Below are positions 56,345-64,000 of a stretch of 64,000 bases of DNA, one piece after another; the first letter of the stretch is position 1; each line of letters starts with the position of its first letter. The stretch is from Neocallimastix sp. 'constans'. Its lineage: Eukaryota. A model generated the notes under the pieces. That model did not search any database, was not told where the DNA came from, and saw only the letters and a list, made by a program, of their open reading frames with translations. The stretch is taken from the NCBI GenBank assembly GCA_050613775.1, contig JBODTK010000116.1, positions 434,001 through 498,000 of the forward strand. The letters run 5' to 3'. The translations under genes were made by a program, and so were the position numbers.

Positions 56345-56396
56345 TTTAAGTATGTCATATATATTATTATAATACTGTAATTTAATACATTCAAGA

Positions 56397-56760
56397 AGAA
56401 ATTACTAGTATTTGGATACATGATTTTCATATGTTCCATGTAGATATACATATATTCTACCTGGGATATAGATATTTATTTTACTAAATTGCCATCTTTC
56501 TGACATTTATTCATTTGTCAAGGGAACTAGTACGAATTTTCGTGGGTTAGGTTATACTGGACTCGTTTCAAAGAGATGTTAGGAATTGGCGAAGCACTCG
56601 GAAAAGTAGCATTAGAAAGATTAACAGCAATACTATGGATACAAAAAGTTCCAATGCTGAAACACTCAGTAAGGCTGTCCAGAAGGGACACTATCTGTCT
56701 CTATTTATATTCCCAAAGAGGAGGGGGGGATGAAACCAAAGGCGGTACACACAGGAAATA
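56397..56760. repeat. Dispersed repeat of unknown class, diverged copy 2 (longer)
   Basis: Similarity to 49187-49384; relatively GC-rich, no intact frame. Confidence 0.65.
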
Positions 56761-56762
56761 AA

Positions 56763-56796
<34 letters not shown>

Positions 56797-57065
56797 TAAG
56801 GAATAAAAGCAAAAATTAAAAGAATTTTTTGCTCATTATATTTCAAAAGATAAAAGTTTAAACTAATTTATGAAAAAAACTTTATTAATATCTGCAGGAA
56901 ACCTAAATAAAAAAATAAATAAAACAAAATAAATCTATTCCACTTATATATTTAATATATAAAACTAAATTTATTAAAAATTTAACTATTGTTATCAGTA
57001 TTTCCCAACTAACCCTATACAGTACAAGCCTACTGTAATTAATTCATGATTTAATATATTATTAA

Positions 57066-57441
57066 ATGATGATGATATCCATTATAATAAATATGAAGTT
57101 GAAGTTGACGTTGAAAATGGAATTAAAACAATTATATTTAGTCACCATTGCAAAATAAAAAAAAAAAAAAGGTTTTAGAACTCACGTATTTTGAAACTAA
57201 AATAGTATTAAAAAATTTAAAAAAAAATAAAAATAAAAATAAAAATAAAAGGTTCCTTCTAATTATTCCAAAAGGATATATTTTATATGAAGAAATTAAT
57301 ATTGGTAATAGTGAATTATAATATGATGTTGATCAATGTGGTATTAATTATTATAAAGTGCATTCTGATAATTATAATCATTATAAGATAATAAAAACTA
57401 TGGAAATTGAAAATATTTCTAATTTAGTATATTTAAAATAG
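57066..57441 (+). pseudogene. Possible pseudogene fragment of unknown protein
   Basis: Coding-like composition (FLLIIPKGYILYEEINIGNSEL*YDVDQCGINYYKVHSD...) with an in-frame stop and an intron-like A-rich gap. Confidence 0.25.
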
Positions 57442-58842
57442 ATATATAAATAAAATTTTATATATTATCTATTATTAATTATTAATATTAAATATATTAT
57501 TAATTAATAATATAAAATAAAATAAAATATATATATATACTAATACATTTATAAATATTATAAACTTTTACATATGTTTTTTTACTTTAATTATAACAAT
57601 GTTATTATATTACTATATTTATTTCTATTAAAAAATATAAAAATTATATATTAAAAAAATATATATATAATTGTTAATAAAAAAAAAAATAAAAATAAAT
57701 AAATATATATATTCAAATAATTAATTTTTTATAAAAAAAAAAAAAGTAGGGAACAGTAAATAAGTATTTTTTCCACATTATAAATGAATGAATAAAAGAT
57801 ATATTTAATTAAATTTACAATAATATAATTGTACTATTTAAAAAATTATAATTCTTTGTACAAATAACAAATAACAAAGAAAGTTTTATACAAACGAATT
57901 TTCAATAGTTGTTTATTAAAAAAAATTTATAATTAATTATATATAAAAAATATATATATATATTTTTATTATCTTTTAAATTTCTGATAATAAAATCATT
58001 GGGTTAGAAGTTGATTGTATATAATACTTTATATAATAAAGTATATATATATAATCAATTCAAAATAGAAACAGAATTGACTATTTTATTAATAATAATA
58101 ATAATAATGATAATAAATTATTAACTTCATTTTTTTTGGGGGGTGAATTAATATAAATTAAAATTAATTCCATAATAATATAATTTTAAAACCAGATTTT
58201 TTTAAAAACTTTATTTTTTTTTTTTATTATTATTTTTTTTTTCTTTCTTTGTTATTTTCTTCTATTAAAATTTAAATTACCATCTTAACAAAAAAAAAAA
58301 TAAAAAATAAAAATAAAGATGTAAAGTAAGTGTATAATACGTTCAAAAATTTAAGAAACATACTTTAGATTTACACAAATCAAGTGTGGTTTCATGTAAA
58401 AGAAATTATCAGTTCTTGTACTATTTTGGGTAAAAATTAAAAAAAAATTATATATACATATATCTTATTGTAGATATAATGGAAACATTCCATTAAATAT
58501 TATTTACATTGCTTCTATCTATTCATTATTAAGTTATATATGGATTTATCAAAGGAAAAAAAAAAAAAAAAGACTTGAATAGATTTTTTATTTATTTATT
58601 TATTATCTATTATTTATTTATTATTTATTATTTATTATTTACCTATTATTTATTATTTATTATTTATTTATTTATTACCTATTATTTATTTATTATTATT
58701 TATAATTATTTATTTATTACCTATTATTTATTATTTATTTATTTATTTATTACCTATTATTTATTTATTTATTATTTATTAATTATTATTTATTATTTAT
58801 TATTTATTATTTATTATTTATTATCTTGTTTCTCTATTATTT

Positions 58843-58902
<60 letters not shown>

Positions 58903-59809
58903 TTTGTTTGTTTATTTTATTATTTTTAGTATATAATCAATGAATATTAACTAATGATTACTTGCTATTAATTATGAATTGTTAAATGTTTAAAGGTTTA
59001 TTAACTATTTATTACTAAATAAATAATAAATAAATGATCCTGAAACATAAATCATATGTAACAAAAAGTTCTTTTTTTTAAGATTTTTTACATTTTTTAC
59101 ATTTCATATAATAATTTATTCATACGTCTTATGATTAATTAATTATTTCTTTTTATGGATAAAATTTTTATTACTTAATATATTCTGTTTTATGCAAATC
59201 AATAGATTTTATTCAATTGAACATTTTTTTTATATATTTACAAGAAGATGGATAAACAAATATCCAAATAAAAATGCCATTTTCTGTATAAATAAAAATA
59301 ATTATAATAATTGTAATAAATGTAATGATATTAAAATAAAATTTAGAATAAATTTTCTCAATTTATTATAAAAATAAATTATTATAAAAAATTTGTATAG
59401 TTTGATCCAATAAAAAAAAGGTTTATTTTTATATCACAGATATATTAATGTATTTGTAATATATTGTATTTATAGTTTAATATATAAAATAGTATGAATG
59501 TACAAATTATATTAATTAAAATAAGTGGCAAGGAAGTTTCAGTAATAAAAGTTGAATAAAAAAAAAATTTATAGAAGATTTGTAAATAAATAATAAGATC
59601 AGAATAATTATTATTCAATTATTTATTTATTATTTATTTATTATTTATTTATTATTTATTTATTATTTATTTATTATTTATTTATTATTTATTTATTATT
59701 TATTTATTATTTATTTATTATTTATTTATTATTTATTTATTATTTATTTATTTATTATTTATTTATTTATTATTTATTTATTTATTATTTATTTATTATT
59801 TATTTATTT

Positions 59810-59841
<32 letters not shown>

Positions 59842-60881
59842 TTATTTATTTATTTATTATTTATTTATTTATTTATTATTAATAAATATATATTTATATA
59901 TATTTATCAATACAAGATTATAAAATATTAAGGTATATCTTAAAATTCATATTAATATTCAATTATAAAGTTTTTCAGATATATATTTAGGTATTAATTA
60001 TAAAATTCTTATATATTTTTTATAATAAATAAATTTAATAATTAATAGTACTTTTGTATATTAATAAGTTTTTCATTACCGTTGGTGATTGTAAAAGAGT
60101 ATAATAATAAAATACATTTATTAGTAACTAACCATTACATTAATATTTACTGTTTAATAATAATTAAAACAGATTATAAAAAAAAAAGATCGACATATAT
60201 AATGTAGATGTAGCATGGCTTAAATACAAACATTAAGATAGAATAAAAAAGAAAATAAAAAAACATGCCGTAAAAGTAGTAATACAGTGATTTATTAATA
60301 TTTTATATATATATGATAGGGAATAATAATTAATTATATTAATCTCAAATCATAATCATAATTATTATATAATTAGGATTGTATTGAAGATTGATGATAC
60401 TTTTTATTATGCACTACGATAATAATAATAATGAAAAAAAAAAAAAAAAAAGGGCGTAACATAATATATTAATACAAATAATAAAATTATTAATAATAAC
60501 TGAAAAGGAATAATAAATGATTTCATTATTCATTTATTTATTTATAATTATATATAATTAGATTCTTTCATAAGATGTTGTAAACGACAACTATTATAAA
60601 TCCGGATAATCTATATATATATATATATTTATAATTAATATAATTAAAATGGATATATGAATAATAAATAAAAAATAAAATAAATAAAATATTTATAAAA
60701 TAAAATAATAATAATAATAATAATAAAATAAAGATATTGATATATATGAGTATCAAATATTGAGTTGACAAATCTCGATCATTTCTATTTATAAATACAA
60801 AAATATTAGTTAATATAATATAATAATATTTTTTTTTTTTAAAATTTTTATGGTTTTAACATTTAGTTAATCCAATTTGTA

Positions 60882-61063
60882 GGGGAGAGTTGCATATCGA
60901 AAATTTTTACTTTTTCATTAAAAGTTAACACTTTTTTTAAAAAAAAAAATTAAATAAATAAAAATAAATAAATAAATAATATATTTATTCATAATTTATT
61001 TGTTTATGTTTTATTAATGCGCTACATGACTTTATTCAACTTGGAGAAATGCATCAAATTTCC
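60882..61063. mobile_element. Degenerate short MITE related to 8498-8723
   Basis: GGGGAGAGTTGCATATCG at the left end, TTGGAGAAATGCATCAAATTTCC at the right; TSD not recognisable. Confidence 0.6.
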
Positions 61064-61469
61064 ATTATCGTATAAATAGTGAATATCATGATGTTAATCT
61101 AACCATTATAATTTATTACACTAATCCTTTAATAACCTTAACATACTAAAGTTTGAAAATTTATATATATATAAATATTAAATATAACTATTTGAATACT
61201 TCAAATTCTGATAAAACTGATAAAAAAGTTTTTAAATTATTATACATATAAGAATTAAATATAATTATTCGAATATCTCAAATTCCAAAAAAAAAAAAAG
61301 TCTCTTTTACTTGAAAGGATTTTTTTTTTTGGAATTTTTCCTTGTAAAGATAGATATTTTTTATAAATATGTTTTAAGGATTTATAAATAAAATTGTTGC
61401 AATATTTATTTAATAATTAAAAATGGAATTTTAATAAAAGCTAATTATAGTTATTGGTGAAAAATAATT

Positions 61470-61716
61470 AAATAATAAATAATAAATAAATAATAAATAA
61501 TTGAATAATAAATAATAAATAATAAATAAATAAATAATAATTGAATAATAAATAATAAATAATTGAATAATAAATAATAAATAATAAATAATTGAATAAT
61601 AAATAATTGAATAATAAATAATAAATAATAAATAATAAATAATAAATAATAAATAATAAATAATAAATAATAAATAATAAATAATAAATAATAAATAATA
61701 AATAATAAATAATAAA
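61470..61716. repeat. (AATAAAT)n minisatellite with AATTGAAT variants
   Basis: 7-bp periodicity read directly. Confidence 0.9.
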
Positions 61717-63816
61717 AAGAGTATTTATTAATAAATTAAAAATTATGAATTAATCATTAGTAAATAAGCCTTAATTTATTATTTTAATTATTTTATGGTT
61801 CATAAAATTTTATTGATCAAACTTTATTTAATATATTTTTCTTGATAACTAGAATAATAAAAGTTTAAATGAAAATATATGAAATTATACCCTATACTAT
61901 GATGGTAAAAAAAAAAAAAGAAATGGTAAAGGATAACCTAATAAAGAAAGGAATAAATAACAAATCAATCTACACGAGTCCATAATAAAAATAATTCTCT
62001 AAAACGTTAATTCTAAATTAGAAATTTTCCTTTCTTTTATAAAATCTCAATCTAAATTATTTCATTTAAATTTATTAGGAGCAACAAAGATAAATATTTT
62101 TATTATTAAAGGTCTTTTGTTGGTTTAAACTAATGAAAATAAATAAATAAATAAATAAATAACTAACTAACTAAATAAATAACTAAATAAATAACTAACT
62201 AACTAACTAACTAAATAAATAAATAACTAATTAACTAACTAACTAACTAACTAAATAACTAAATAAATAAATAAATAAATAATTGTAATAATTAGTTTAT
62301 TTATTTTTATAAAAACTTATTTAAATATTTTTTTTACTTTTAATAAAGATAAATAATGCCAATATTATTATAAATGAACTTTATTTTTTCTGGTGATGTG
62401 ATTTAATAATTATTCTAGTTTTACCGTTTGGTGTTTGATGACTGCCACTTCACCAAATGGAATGGCTAGGAGATTCCAAGAAATTCGAATGGTTTTAAAA
62501 ATTAAATCTTTTTTTTTTTAAAATTTTTTAATATTTTTCAATGTATAAATAAGAATTTATTAGTATAGTTGGATAATATATATTCAATAGATTCCAATCT
62601 ACTTCTCTAATTATTTACTAATATATGATAGACTTCATACTTTTAATATATGAAATAACTGTTTCGACTTTTTTTTTTTATTACTCAAGAATATCCATAT
62701 ATTATATATATTATTAATATATTAACATAATATAATATAATATATTATAATTAATTTAATGAGCATTTTAAATAAAAGATAATTGAAATTATAAAAAATT
62801 TAAATTTTATGATAAAAATAATTTTTTTTTATAGTTAAATTTATTATTGATTTAATTTTGTAAAAGAATACAAAAGAAAAAAAAATAATTGGTTTATATG
62901 ATAATTAATATGTTTATAATATATATAAAAATTCTTATTTATATATATTATAATATAGTTTATTGAATTAAAATTATCCTTTTTTATTATTATTATTATT
63001 ATCATTATTAATAATTTCAATAATTAAAACTTTATTAAGTAATCATTAAAGGTATGCTTCATCCATATAAATTTAATTTTTTTTATTAGTTAAAAATTAT
63101 ATTAAACAATATATTCAAATATATTAGTATATGTGAATAGGATAACTGCTAAATATATATATATATTTTTTTTAAATTTTTCCTTAAAATTTTTTTTTTC
63201 TATATTTGTATGAACTATTAATTATTAGTTATATTACTTTTATTATAATTATTATTAAATATTAATTAGTTTAATTGCCTTCAATGGATCCTAAAAAATA
63301 AAAATTACTTAGTGAAAACATTACTATAAATTAAAAATCATTGATGTCGTTTATATTAGGTGATCTATTATTTATTGAATTTAAATAGTCAGTATTTATT
63401 TTAAAGAAGATATTGTTATAATAAAGATGTAAAATAAACAAATAGTAGATAAATAATAGGTAATAAATAAATAATAAATAAAAATAAATAAATTAATAAA
63501 TAAAGAATTATGGTTATTGGCATAAAAAATAATAAAGAAAAAAAAACTTTATTATTAATTATATTAATAGGACAATTATAGATATTTATCAAATATTTAA
63601 TATTAATTACATAAATGTAAATATAAATAAAAAGGAAATAAATAAATATATATAATACATATATATATATATAAATATAATAAATGCTATAATAATTATT
63701 GCCATCTACCATTTTATTTGATAAAGTAAGAAATATAGATTTATATTCATGTATATATTTGTATTTACATTATTATAATAGAGTTTGTATATATTGTAAA
63801 TAGGATAATCCATTAA

Positions 63817-63867
<51 letters not shown>

Positions 63868-64000
63868 ATAGAAAAGAAGAGATAAATTATTGATGATTAA
63901 TTAATTAAAATAGTTTAATAAATAAAATGAATGTTTTAATAATAATTAAGATACGTCATAAAATATATATATATTTTTTTAAATTAACTTTTAATAAATT

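Overview
Extremely AT-rich eukaryotic DNA with short GT-AG introns. The fungal dockerins, CotH-dockerin fusion and Cys-rich scaffoldin-type repeats point to an anaerobic gut fungus (Neocallimastigomycota); this is inferred, not searched. Four intact genes were reconstructed by hand: an intronless CPBP/Abi intramembrane metalloprotease (925-1743 +); a 3-exon secreted CotH kinase with two C-terminal fungal dockerins (2930-5213 -); a 23-exon, ~2,870-aa secreted Cys-rich scaffoldin-like protein (16603-29263 +) built from a ~5x repeated four-exon cassette with a GPI-like C-terminus; and a 2-exon orphan 7-TM protein (36591-38460 -). The rest is AT-rich intergenic DNA, microsatellites and transposon debris: three LINE families, Mutator-type MITEs with 9-bp TSDs, a copia-like relic and a tRNA-derived SINE-like element. 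The most unusual signals are: (i) the scaffoldin, where all 20 internal coding exons after the signal peptide are symmetric phase 1-1 modules, with one lost intron; (ii) retro-insertions flanked by very long direct duplications (~770, ~125 bp) or made of two poly(A)-tailed pieces inside one TSD; (iii) a symmetric double snap-back rearrangement at 54114-54353. Most short ORFs in the track are microsatellite artefacts or single exons of the large gene. Splice coordinates were read by eye and may be off by a few bases.
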